Positions 1-12,067 of a DNA stretch of 64,000 bases are shown one piece after another. Below the pieces are notes generated by a model, which searched no databases, was not told where the DNA came from, and worked only from the letters and a program-made list of their open reading frames with translations. The translations under genes and the position numbers were made by a program. Every line of letters starts with the position of its first letter. Within the stretch, counting starts at the first letter, position 1. The stretch is taken from contig NW_002060943.1 in NCBI RefSeq assembly GCF_000150275.1, positions 3,802,008-3,866,007 on the forward strand. The letters run 5' to 3'. The stretch comes from Trichoplax adhaerens (lineage: Eukaryota > Animalia > Placozoa).

Positions 1-468
1 CATATTATTAATACCTGTTAACCCAAATTTCTTGATTACCTACCAGATTGTACAAATTAACTGCGTTAAATTTCGCTGCACTATGAAATTCGTAATAATG
101 CCTGTCTATCTTATTTTATACCGGTCTTCACCAATCTTCACCTAGTAATTTCCTAAGCCTTATCAGAATATGTAAAATATCTCTGTTTCTATTAAGTGAA
201 TTTATGTTTAAAAAATATAGCAGATAGCATACGAACGTAAAAGTCCAATTAAGAAACTGTAATCCCATTAAGTTTGTTTTATTTCGCATGCATTAATATA
301 TTTAAACAATATTTTAAGAGCCCCTTAGATCACGCGTAGCACCTGTATTAAACCCACAAAAGTTTATCACAACCAATAATTAAGTAAAGGCTAAATATTG
401 TTAAAATTATCTTAAATCTAAAATTTTCCTCTTTCTTACACAACTGTCTATATAAGTATATTACGAAG

Positions 469-778
469 TGTAGCTCCGTAGATTATAGATTAGGCAATAA
501 TAATTGATTAACCCAATTGTTAACCATTTTGGTAGACAAGTAGTAGTCGCTCCGGCTAGGACAAGCTAGTAGAGACTAGAAATCGGGTGGCCGAATAAAA
601 AGCACTAGTGGTTTGAAAGAAACCTGAGTAGTTGTGTGACTGTCTGGAAAGACTTAGTTTTCCCTTAGAAGACTTTTAAGTCAGTGGAAGCCTTACACAA
701 TTACCATAGCACTTGACATAACCAAATCACAAGTGGGGAATTATGACAGAGTAACAATTAGAAAGCTATCAAACTACA
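469..778 (+). mobile_element. Candidate old solo LTR (single copy in window)
   Basis: Begins TGTAG and ends CTACA (5-bp inverted termini), 310 bp, slightly GC-richer than flanks, internal AATAAA near 595. Flanks CGAAG / CAAGC only partly match, so the TSD is not clean. Confidence 0.4.
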
Positions 779-916
779 CAAGCATTAAGACAATTTAATT
801 CTATTTTAATAATGATAAGATGAAGACTAAATAACGTTATTATCCTATCTTAAGTGTTTCTTAATTTTTATAAATTTGCATATAACAGTATATACGTAAT
901 TTGTATGTTTGTTCGT

Positions 917-1468
917 TGTGATATATACCAATCACGAAATTCCAAATTTTAGAAAAATAAGGGCCTTATTGAATCTTATACAAAGATCAACTACACACAG
1001 CTCTACTTTAGCCGAATACTACTACTAAAGACTTCTAGAACGAACTAATTGAATAATCTAAAGTTGCATGCTTTTGTACTTTTCGTAGCATTCGCAGCTA
1101 CAATCCGCATGGCAACCTTTTACCTTATATTACACATAGTTAAATTATTCTTAGTCAGACTATTTTACTGCGGACCATCATTAATCCAATATGGATACGA
1201 CTACAGTACTTACGTTGATATCATTCACACCAGCCAAAGTACAATGAATTAACCATATCCTAATATATGATTTACAGTTCTATTTTTACCTATAACCTTA
1301 TTAGTAACTCAACAGCTTACTGTATATAGTCATCTGTACTCTAGCATAGAGTCTATACCACTACAGTCTATAGTTATAGCTACCAAATATCTCTTAGGAT
1401 AAATATCTACCGTACATTATACTACACATGGCTAACAGTCTACAATCACAATACTAAGTTACATTACA
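917..1468. mobile_element. Solo-LTR-like element, family A copy 1
   Basis: 552 bp, TGTGAT...ATTACA ends. Near-identical to 39033-39581 and homology stops exactly at the TG/CA ends. Flanks TTCGT/AACGT (3/5 match, decayed TSD). Confidence 0.8.
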
Positions 1469-1606
1469 AACGTGAAAGCGTTTTGGGAATCCATCTGATT
1501 ACATTAAATAGGTAGATTAAAACTAGCTAGCCTATTTAGCCAGGAATGAAATAAAAATTAATTAATTCAAAATATTATATGTTGTCACATTTTTCGTATA
1601 TTAAAC

Positions 1607-3058
1607 TGTAATGAAATGAAATGTGTAGAGATCAAGCTACGAAACTTTAACAAACTTTGATTCTACTTTCGCTGCACTCCGGTCGACTTAACGCTAATAC
1701 TTAGACACCAAATAAAATTTGGGGAAATAACCGAACAACAATTTATTTCAAAACAAAAATGGAGAGAAGTATAAACCGAACAACCGCACAAATACTTAGC
1801 TTTAAGTATTATTAAAATAAATGGCAGACTTAAAAACTGTCAACGACCAAACAACCTTTCAAAAAGAAGAACGTTTTAACTTACGACAATTCGACCCCGA
1901 AGGCCTTTTAAATTCAACAAGTTCTTCAAATAAAATCTTCTTCTACTCTCCCTCTAAATTTTCTAATTGCACTATCATTTATAGGCTTCGTAGAGCCGTC
2001 AGAGGTATTTAAAACTAAACATTTGCTAACCAATCGCTCTTAAGATCCGTTTTACAAAACTACTTTGCACCATTTAAGAAAACAAAAACCATTCAAAGTT
2101 CAGACACAATTTACCCTACGATTCCCTTACAAAACACTATAAAAGTAATAAGCTAACTATAAAAATACATCAAACTTCATTTCTAACATAATTTCTATCA
2201 TTAATACACTATAAAAAGCTAAAAATCAACCTTTAAACATCAAGATTTAGTCATAAAAACAACATTCTAACTACCTAACAATCAACACAACCTCTGCCAA
2301 TTTCCATCTTATTTTCTACTTTCCTCACTAAATCTCCTAATGTGACTTCAAGTCACGTCATAAAATTGCAAAGTTTCAAATTCATAACAAAATGTCCAAA
2401 TCTCAAAAATCAACTCTTACGATATTTTTCATGAACAAAAATCCAAAAATTAAAACAGAAAAATTATAATTCAGACATAATATTAAAAATAAACCCGACC
2501 GGTTCCAAAACAGGAAAATTATATCGGACACAAACCCGACCGGTCCCCGAATCCGAAAACTATATCGGACACAAATCCGGAAAAATTCGCTTTTTATGAA
2601 GATCACAGTAATCGCTTATCAAAAAAATTTATATGACTACTACGACTACTTTTCTGACATTAATATCGCTTAGTATTCGCGAGTATTGACAGTTGATGTT
2701 TTAGCGTCAGATTGTACTGTAACTGTACGAGTATAGACTACATTACAGTACTTTTATCGTCATGTTATAAATCCCCTTTCTCTAAGGATAGGGTTTTGCT
2801 ACTATGTCAAATTTCTTTACAATTTGAATAGACGATCAAACGCCCTTTCTTTAGATTAGGCATTTGCTCTATAGGGCTACTTGTATAGTAATCTATATAA
2901 TACCTTGTAAAATAATGAAGAAGAAAAGATGGCGACATGATGATTTGGCAGGGTAAAACTTAAAGACACTATCACTTTCTAGGTATTTTGTATAGTAAAA
3001 TAATACTAATTACATACTAAAAACTACAAAGGACTCTACTTTTAGTCCTTTTACTACA
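1607..3058. mobile_element. Long solo-LTR-like element, family D copy 1 (4-bp TSD)
   Basis: 1452 bp, TGTAATGAAA...TTTACTACA ends, flanked by 4-bp direct repeat AAAC. Colinear with 45494-46853. Internal short repeats at about 2455-2590. Confidence 0.85.
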
Positions 3059-4504
3059 AAACATATTTAAGAAACTTTTGCAAACTTAAAAGTTGACATA
3101 AGGCAGACGTATTAAAATGGCCAAGCCTTATCCAGACAACAGCCAAGAAATAAATGCTGCAATATGAAAATCGTTTGATTTAATTCATCTTATTTTGTGA
3201 ACTAGTCTATTTATACAATGTTTTAGACATTTTCAGAATGGCATAAAATGATTGTATTTGACCTAGATATCATTTTGGTCATTAACTAAAAATTAAAATT
3301 CAATAAAATCATTTCGCCAATTTAAATATCACGCTTTTTTAGCTCAATTTCTGAAAAACTGATATTATTTTAAAATGTTTATAAATAGCAGAGAGCCATG
3401 AACTACTGAAGGGCATTAGCTTTTTAAATTAAATCTAAAATGGACATCTGTTTTAAAAATTGTAACAAAATAATTGATCTGAATAGACGTTTCTAATTTG
3501 ATCTTATCCGATTTATAGATTTACAACATGGTACACGTACGCAATCCCTAAATAGAGTGAGCAAGTTTACGTACCATTATTGCTATCAAGTGCTTGGTCC
3601 TATTTGTTATACAATTTTCGTCCATTATTAATAATACTAGTTTACATGCGTATGCTATTACTGATGTCATATCTATAAAAATAATTAACCAGTACATGAT
3701 CATTCAATGGAATTGGAATGGCCAAATAATTCCAATAATACAAAATACTTGTGACTAAAACAATAAAGTCATATGCAATCTGCAATATATTATTAGACGT
3801 CAATGCCTTAAAAATTTTATATTTTAGAATTCTACAATTTATCAAGTAGATATTTAGATTAAAGTTATATTGGCTAACTTACAAAATATCATTTAATATC
3901 ATTTAACTGCAAGACTAATTCATAATGGTACCTCTAACACTAGCAATCAAACCCTATTTCTTTAGTTTTGTTGCCTTATATTAATTTTTCAGGCGCTCAT
4001 ATTCTCGAACGTTTTCATATATTAAGCAGATATTTATTCCTATTAAGATCACTTTATTCGATATGCAAAGTTGCTTTTATGACTAAGTAATGAAATAATT
4101 ACATATATGTATAATAATTGTATCTCTCCGACTTTCTAAGACTGGCAATTAATCACATCTTTTCTTGATTAATCTATACGTTCGAGATTTATTATTCGAT
4201 ATTACATTTTAGAAGCGCCTTAAATCAATAATGTTCGAAGATATCATTGTCATTATACTACAATTTCTGATTACCAAGTACAGTAAAATTTTTACTTTTC
4301 TCATCTTCGTATCCTTTTTCCATTTACCAGTATATACCTACCTTAAGTCTAGTCTATTTTTACCTTCAAAAATATCTAACAAACTTTGCAGCTAACTCAA
4401 GTGTAGAAATGTCCATGTAAGTAAGCCTCAATATCACTTCATTTATTTCTATTTGATTGGATTTGATAGAGGTTAGTAGTACAGTGATTTATAGAATAAT
4501 AGCC

Positions 4505-5135
4505 TGTCACAAAACAGCTTTGCAACAAGATAACGCAATATACGATCAATAAGTCAATTCCTTGAACCACGTATCAAGGAACGATATCTGCACTATCACA
4601 AACACTTTTGCTCTACTAGTAGACTACACAAAGACTTAAACGCCTCGTATTTTACGTTAAACACTAAGTTGGAGAATTCTTCTTTATTTCACGATATACT
4701 GCATTTATATACTATTCCTCAATAGTTCATGAGTCATAGTTAATACAATTAACATTAGAATCATTTACTGAATTAGATATTAATTTTAGCTACTGCTCCC
4801 TTAATGCAGACAACAGTATTTACGAACATAGACATATAATGACTAATACAGAATAGTCAGATTACGATATGTCCTATCACGGAACATTTCCATGATAATT
4901 TACAGTCTACCATAAGTAAATTACAGTCACAATGATTCGAACTGTAAGCAGATGATTTGCATTCCCTATTATAACTATTAATTTCAGTATGTGTATAAGT
5001 GCCACTGTCATAAAAAGTCAGTGCTATATTAAAATACAGTATATCCAAATTAGAAGTTAACTAAATAAGGATAGTCTAACAGAGTTATCCTAACATAGTT
5101 ATTTCTACTGTAATACAGTATTTAACACTGTAACA
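4505..5135 (-). mobile_element. Solo LTR, family B copy 1
   Basis: 631 bp, TGTCACA...TGTAACA, perfect 5-bp TSD TAGCC. Minus strand reads ATGACTCAT (4737-4729), TATATAAA (4711-4704), AATAAA (4688-4683). Four copies in window. Confidence 0.93.
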
Positions 5136-5463
5136 TAGCCTAAAAAATAAAGGGCATACTCCAAACAATGGTGGTATTGGGGTTGTATTGGATCCGTCAA
5201 TAAAATTAATACATTAATTCTCAATACACTGGAATTGCCCTTAAAATTTAGAATGTAATTATAATACCGATAAATAACTACTAAATAACATTAGAATAGA
5301 TAATAGTGACTCATTGCATTAGTAACAAGGGTCTAAGATGATGCCTGTATATATGCACAAAAAGTATAAGATTTACGATTACATTGGCTTTCTTACTTAG
5401 TTCATCTCCAACACAACGTATAGTATATGAATTCTTTTTATCCTTATTAGCCCACTATACTGG

Positions 5464-6395
5464 TGTTACGGTATAAATACACCGTAAATGATACAGTATA
5501 AATTAAGTATTTATATCTAGGTAGATTTCTACCTATATAAGTCAGGTCGACTAAACTCTTACGATTTTGATTGGTGATCGCTAATATTGCTCATTAGTAG
5601 TTTATTTCTGTAATCTTTACGAGTGCATGGCGTTGCTCAAATTAGTTGAAATAAAGTAATAGTAGCTCGATGTTGTCAAGTTTAGCTGTGTAACTGCAGT
5701 CTAGAAAGGAAGCTCTAGGCCGAAACTAAAATAGTAGTTGACAGTAGCCACTTAGAAGAGCAGAATACTTTACGTCATCCTTTGTCAGCAGAGTAGCCCT
5801 TGAAAACTGGTTATATGCTTCTTTTCAGCATTATTGTAATACTTACTGCTTATTGGTAACCAGTTATAACGATGTTATGCTACAAAAATAAGTAATTATT
5901 GACCACTGCAGTAATGAATACTATTGAATAATCTAGACAAAGTCATATACTGTGCGCGATATTTAATTTTATTAATCTTGTAATTAATCATACGAACAGA
6001 GCACAAACATTTAAATACTAGATAGTCTGTAGCTACCTAAATCGTAAAATATCTATATATCAATTTAGTAATAATATGCGATAATTTACGTAACATATAG
6101 AATACAAATTTTACTGCATTTAATATCTAAATTAACAATATAAATGCATATGATTGTGAAATAAATGAGTTATTGCTTCAGAAGCATGTCGCCGTCTCCT
6201 CATGAAATATGTATACCAATAAATCAGTTAACTATGGAGCTCGGCCGAGAACTTGAGTTGAATTCTCATAAATCGCTTGGATAGACACTAAAAATCCTAG
6301 AAAGAGCTGCCCAATTAATTGGACTATACGTTTCAGAGTTATTTTTATCTTAATTCAGTAGTAATTTCAATTGATCATCTAACTTATATATGACA
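5464..6395 (+). mobile_element. Decayed LTR-like relics (probably more than one element)
   Basis: Starts TGTTACGGT..ACCGTAA hairpin like family C. 6140-6165 TATAAATGCA..GTGAAATAAA resembles the family B core. About 6155-6330 aligns by eye with the reverse complement of the nested element at 53871-54284. Ends TGACA at 5743 and 6395. No TSD found. Confidence 0.45.
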
Positions 6396-8545
6396 ATTTT
6401 AAGATTTACATACGCATATAGTGATCACGATGCTTTGCTAAAAAATTCCTTTACTTAACTAATTTCAATTTGGCATTTCTCACCTAGACATTATAGTTAA
6501 TCTGATGCTCTTTAAGGAGGTTATAACCATTTCAGTAGTTGGAATAAAATATTTTAATATTTGCTTGATTAAAAGAATTTTGACTATTGGAACAGATAAT
6601 TTTAATTGTAAGGGCCTAATTTTTATATAGAATATACTTTCAGTTAATCTTTTATTCCAGCTTAGGTTAAAGGCAATATCAACAGTTTATATACAAGAAA
6701 TTTTAAATTCGCTTAAGCAAAAACAGCATTCTTTCTCTGACTACTATGTTGATCATAGTACAAAGGATATATTATCTTAACAATTATATAAATCTTTTTT
6801 AAAATATTACCTTAAACAATGCTAGAGTGCATACAGCGCAAATTCTAAGTTTGTTAAGAGCTTTCATCAATATTATTTTTATGTCACAGCATTATGAAAA
6901 TAGGAATATGCCTTTCTATATTTGAAACTATTATTCAATTTTAATTCATTACCAATTTCAATAATTGCATTGTCCAACAAGTTTAGGATTCCTATCGAAG
7001 GCAGTGTAGCCTGTATGAATGTCAAGTTGATGAAAATTTCTCAATAGATTGATCACGTAAACACTAATGATATGGTATAATAAGACTCGCCTACAGCTAC
7101 AATATTTGCATTAACACAGAATTTCGTACATAATACTTTATATATATATACACTAGTCCAATGGATGTATTCTTCAGCCAAAATAATCTAATTTATTAAA
7201 GATTGGTTTCTTTTATTGCTGCATTAAAATTAAAAATACTAAAATTTTGTAGGGTAACTCCAGCTAAAATGGAAGTAATAGCGGCAGTATAATCATAAAT
7301 TTACGATAAGATGTGAGGAACTAAAGTAGTCTTAAAACTAACATCATCATTTAGAGCATTTATAACTTGAACAGTCCAAATTACGTAAACCAGTCTTGTC
7401 CGTTTATGCTGAATGCGAGCTTTCAGTAAAATTGCTGCCGGAAACATTACCAAATGCCGCTTGCATGAAAATTAATCAATTTATAAACTATACCGAGATT
7501 ACAAATGAAGATTTAAAGCTGGATTAAAAACGATAAAAATACCCAAAATTGGTTTGTCAATCCCATTTAGCATTCTCATTATGATCAAATTATTATACCT
7601 ATGGTAAGTTACGCTAATAAAATAAATAGGAGCATTTTACCCAAGTAAAAATACCAGATGAAGATTTATATTATCTATTACAACAAAATTGAATAATATT
7701 AAATCTAAGGCAAGATCTTGGATTTTAAAAAATTGCGTGATCTACTTGTATCTAGTTACTGTAGTTACCACATCAGGATGCCATGACGATAAATAACGCG
7801 ATTTATAGGTATGCAGCATGAAACTGAAGTCATTATTTCAATCTAGACATACTTAATATAATTATCAAGGTTGTCAACCTTTTCAAACTGATTTACAGCC
7901 AATCATCATCCTATTTTAAATTCTCCTCGACTATTTTTAATCAATTAATAAAGAAATTAATATTCACCAATCGTCACTTCTCTTGGACAAATGGTCTGTA
8001 ATTATACGTATGTTTTTCTGCATCAACACCTGCCATGGTGGTTTATTTATAGGGGAAACTATTGAAATGAAGATGAATAGTTCAATTGAAAAATTACGTT
8101 AACATTTAATTCTCTTGCCTATATGATCATAGTCAATCTATCATTGGCATAATAATCTGGTTATGTAGCTAATTAATTGCTCGCTATTATTATATCATCA
8201 CCATGTAAATATTATACCCAATCTTCTATGGAATGTCAATTGAACTGAAAGAAATTAAAATAATGCTTTTCTTCTAAATGAAAGGATAAAGCGCTATCCA
8301 CTCTCATCAAGGATTCATTTAGAACTGTTTGCCTGCTAATTGTGATACTCCATGCGCAGTTGTCATCGATCCGCTGATAGAATAATTTAAGCAAGTTAAG
8401 ATGCAATTTAATCATGTTGAACAAAAAATATTTCCTTAATATTTTAGGCACGGATGTAACATATTTTTTAAAGGCATTATCCCGATATCATTTAGATAAA
8501 TCATTCTTGGAGCCGTATTGAATCACCATTTATTTCTTCTACAAC

Positions 8546-9655
8546 ATGTCGAAGTTCGAAGGTTATAATTTAACTAACCATTTTACGACGACTTCATCAT
8601 CACTTGCTGCTAATTCTTCAATACTTCCATTTACTTGGTCGCTACATTATAATATTCCGATCTTAACCCTATTCTTTAGCATCGTCATGATTTTTGCAGT
8701 GACTGGTAATCTATTCTCTCTGATAACTATCTATCGTTCGGTCTCATTGCATACTATCAATAATATGTTCATCTTTAACTTGGCCGTCGTCGATTTACTC
8801 AGTAGTCTATTAGTAATACCTTTAGGTTTGGCCGTTGTCAGTAGTCAATCACATTTCAGTAATACATTATGCCAAATTCAAGGTTTCTTGCTTATGTTTT
8901 TAAATACCACTTCATTAATGACAACAACTCTCATCAGCATTGATCGAGTTATTGCTGTAACGAAGCCATATTATTATGCAGCTATTGCTAAATTTCATGC
9001 TATGATCGCTTTAATAGCGGGAATTTGGATATTATCCATCCTCTTTGCAACACTACCTCTACTACATTTACAACATTATGGCTTCGGCTATTATACTCTT
9101 GTCTACATCTGCTGGATTAATATCCACGATTATGACGCAAATTTTGTTATTGCTATCGCGGCGATCTGTTTGATCTTGTTTAGTATGATGGCCATCATAA
9201 TAAGTTATACCATCATATTTTGTATCGCTTGTAATAAAGTTGCCAACCAATTGAGACCAAATGGTTATGGCGATGTGATGAAATCAGTTCGTACCACAGC
9301 AATTATTGTCGGTACGAATTTACTCTTTTGGTTGCCATTTGTTACTGCCTGTATTATCGAAATTAAAGATGGACACTACCATCGGAGAGATCCTGACTTT
9401 GATGAAACATTATTCAAGGTAGCTTATTTAGCACCCTTTGGCAGTGCTGCTAGTAATCCAATCATTTATATTACCACTAATGGCGTCTTGCGCCTTAAAT
9501 TTCAAAAATTATTTCAATTTAAAACAAGCTTGCAGCCTCTTCGAAAACGAACCGCAATTTCTCCAAGCCGACGTAACAACTCTACGGCTGCTTGTATAGT
9601 AGAGCAAATTAACAGTCTTAACGATTCGTATCGTCCAGATGATGAGAATCAATAG
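8546..9655 (+). CDS. Class A (rhodopsin-like) orphan GPCR, paralog 1, 369 aa, intronless CDS
   Basis: Seven hydrophobic segments with GN (TM1), NLAVVD (TM2), C..SIDRV (TM3), W (TM4), FWLP (TM6), NPIIY (TM7). N-terminal NxS/T sites. Confidence 0.95.
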   Translation: MSKFEGYNLTNHFTTTSSSLAANSSILPFTWSLHYNIPILTLFFSIVMIFAVTGNLFSLITIYRSVSLHTINNMFIFNLAVVDLLSSLLVIPLGLAVVSSQSHFSNTLCQIQGFLLMFLNTTSLMTTTLISIDRVIAVTKPYYYAAIAKFHAMIALIAGIWILSILFATLPLLHLQHYGFGYYTLVYICWINIHDYDANFVIAIAAICLILFSMMAIIISYTIIFCIACNKVANQLRPNGYGDVMKSVRTTAIIVGTNLLFWLPFVTACIIEIKDGHYHRRDPDFDETLFKVAYLAPFGSAASNPIIYITTNGVLRLKFQKLFQFKTSLQPLRKRTAISPSRRNNSTAACIVEQINSLNDSYRPDDENQ

Positions 9656-10784
9656 TAAAAAGCAATTTCTTCCATACAAATTAATTCCCATCCCTTAGGT
9701 TCATATTATTTTCATTCTATTTTCTACGCTAAGCATATTGTACAGTAGCAATAGACTTTAGAGATATTTTTCCATTACTGTATTTAAGGTAACAAAATTA
9801 ACGTACCGCTCGATCAAAGGAGTTTTCAACTCATTTACGGACTCTTTGATGCCAAAGATTGGCTAGTCTATGTATATGCACTTGACGAAGAATTTTTGCA
9901 AGCACAATTAAGTAGTAGGATTTAACCTCATCGATTCCGAAATGCTTCGTTTATCTCCTCCTGAATTCATTACATGTCCAACAGTGGACTTTATTGACGA
10001 ATTTTAAATTCAAAAAAACTATTATCCTAGAACTATTTTTTATTGAACCACCAAATGCCAAAATTATCTCATTAGTTTTAATACGCAAATTAAAATATCG
10101 AAGAAGAGCATTAATAACCATTTTAATTGGGCATTAATTTAAAGTTAAATGTGAGTTCCAATCAGTAAATACTTTATAAAAAGAAGATAATTACCGAAAT
10201 CAACTATAGCTTCTCATCTTTGATAACGATGATATAAATTATATATTTACTTCTGTCCCGTATCATGTCACACTTCTACATTAATGAATTAGAAAAAAAG
10301 ATGAAATGAGTATAGATCATTAATTCAATTTATTCTCGACACAATATTTAAACTTTCACATTGAGCTAATCATCAATAATTTTAAAATAGTTACCATAAC
10401 TGTTGAACAATTTCTCTACTGCGGGTACATAGTCTCATGTAGGCGATCTGTCCAAGTAATTCTTGTAAATAGTTTTGCTTTTCCTGTTAGGATATTTTGT
10501 TAATAATTAATTAACCAGAACTGATTTTGAATATTTTTCCTTACAAATTGTATAATCTTCACCGGTAATATAAAAACGACAGATGGAACTTTTTGCACAT
10601 AAAGTACATAAAGAACACCATCGAAGTAAACTGAATATTTACTGTGATCAATGCGGAAGATTCATCTCTTGACAATCGTTATATAACTGTACACCAATTC
10701 AGTCTTATAAATATTCATGTCTTTCTGTGGATGTCACTGTTGTATGACTCAATTGCAATAAACGCTATATGAGATCATGAAGAT

Positions 10785-11627
10785 ATAACTCAAAATTATT
10801 ATCTCTTGCCATGTGAGATCTGTTTCAAATTAAGGGAAATAGCAAGACTATAACTACCGACGTGCATATCAATCATAAAATAATTGCAGTCAATCAAGCA
10901 GTATTAATTTAGAAACACAAATTGCAACGACTTTAGTGCTTCTCTATACTAAATTAAATTTTAATTCTTTATTAATACGCAACTATACTGTGTATAGCAA
11001 CAACATATTTAGGTTAGATCCATTTATATAGGTTGCAACCGCAATTACGACACAGGAACTGTTTCTAACAGCAGTGAAACATAGATACCAAAACTAGAAC
11101 TCTTTTTATTGTAAAAATTTACTCCTTGTTATATCTTCTATCTATACTGGCAAGTAGCTATAGAGCATACGCGTAAAAATTTTATAAAAATAAACAATAT
11201 TAACTGTCCGTATTCTTACATCAATAACACACTATCCGACATCTTTAGGCTATAATCAAATTATATTGATCTCTTGATATGCAAAGTCTACTTTAAACTA
11301 AGCAAATAGCAATATGATAACCGTCATTGTACCTTGTAATCGAAAACAATCACTACCGATTAAGCAATGTTAATTCAGAAACGCAAATTGCAACTAGCCT
11401 AGTGTTTTTCTGTTCTAAATTAATTTAAATTTTTTTGTATTTTAATTATCTATTAAGTGCATAACTATACCGTGTATAGTAACGATATATTTAGGTTAAA
11501 TCCGTTTTTACACGTTACGACCACTATTTCAACACAGGAACTACTCCTAGTAGCAGTGAAACATAAAAATCAGGACTAGAACTCTCTCTATTATAAAAAG
11601 CTACTCGCTGTTATATCTTCTATCTAT
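10785..11627. repeat. Diverged tandem duplication, about 467 bp period, 2 units
   Basis: Anchors AGAAAC(A/G)CAAATTGCAAC, ACACAGGAACT, TAGAACTCT and TGTTATATCTTCTATCTAT recur about 467 bp apart. Confidence 0.85.
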
Positions 11628-11639
11628 CAACAATATTAG

Positions 11640-12067
11640 TGTCACAAACCAACTTCGTGGCAAAGATAACGTAAAACAAATCTCTAAATTACTATTGTCT
11701 CCGGGATTCAGTAACCCTTAACTATCTCACAAGAATTTAGACGCCTTTGATTCTACGTTAAACTCAACTAGACAATTGAGAACTACTTTATTCAACTATC
11801 TGACGGGCTTATATACCCATTTACAGCAGCTAACATTCACGAGTCATCTTGGTGAGAACATCTACTAACTAATTTTTCACAGTCGGACTACAACATGTCC
11901 ATTCACAGAATCATTTCAGTGCACATTACCGCACAGCATTAAATTTACTGTAACACATTTATAATTAGAGTAATCCTATTGTAAGTAACTAGTTGTAATA
12001 TATTATAACTATATTATATTCACCAAATTTAGATAGCTATTTCTTCACAGGAGTTCGTACCGTGACA
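11640..12067 (-). mobile_element. Solo LTR, family C copy 1
   Basis: 428 bp, TGTCACA...CGTGACA, perfect TSD ATTAG. Carries a small internal deletion relative to other copies. Confidence 0.93.

Noticed and set aside
1049-1252. 67-aa ORF repeated at 39177-39365
   Set aside because: Lies inside family A elements, uses a TTG start and has no domain features. It recurs only because the repeat recurs.
1821-2012. 63-aa ORF repeated at 45704-45925 (also 2403-2606)
   Set aside because: Inside family D. The two copies are frameshifted relative to each other and one starts with GTG, so coding is not conserved.
3540-3845. Minus-strand ORF with faint likeness to GPCR ICL1/TM2 (YKI...NNIL.IA.DF)
   Set aside because: No GN, DRY or NPxxY in register. 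The similarity is within what AT-rich sequence gives by chance.
4857-5048. 63-aa Cys/His-containing ORF repeated at 48055 and 54495, and ORF 18253-18582
   Set aside because: All are within or run into family B LTRs, have non-ATG starts and show no recognisable zinc-knuckle or gag spacing.
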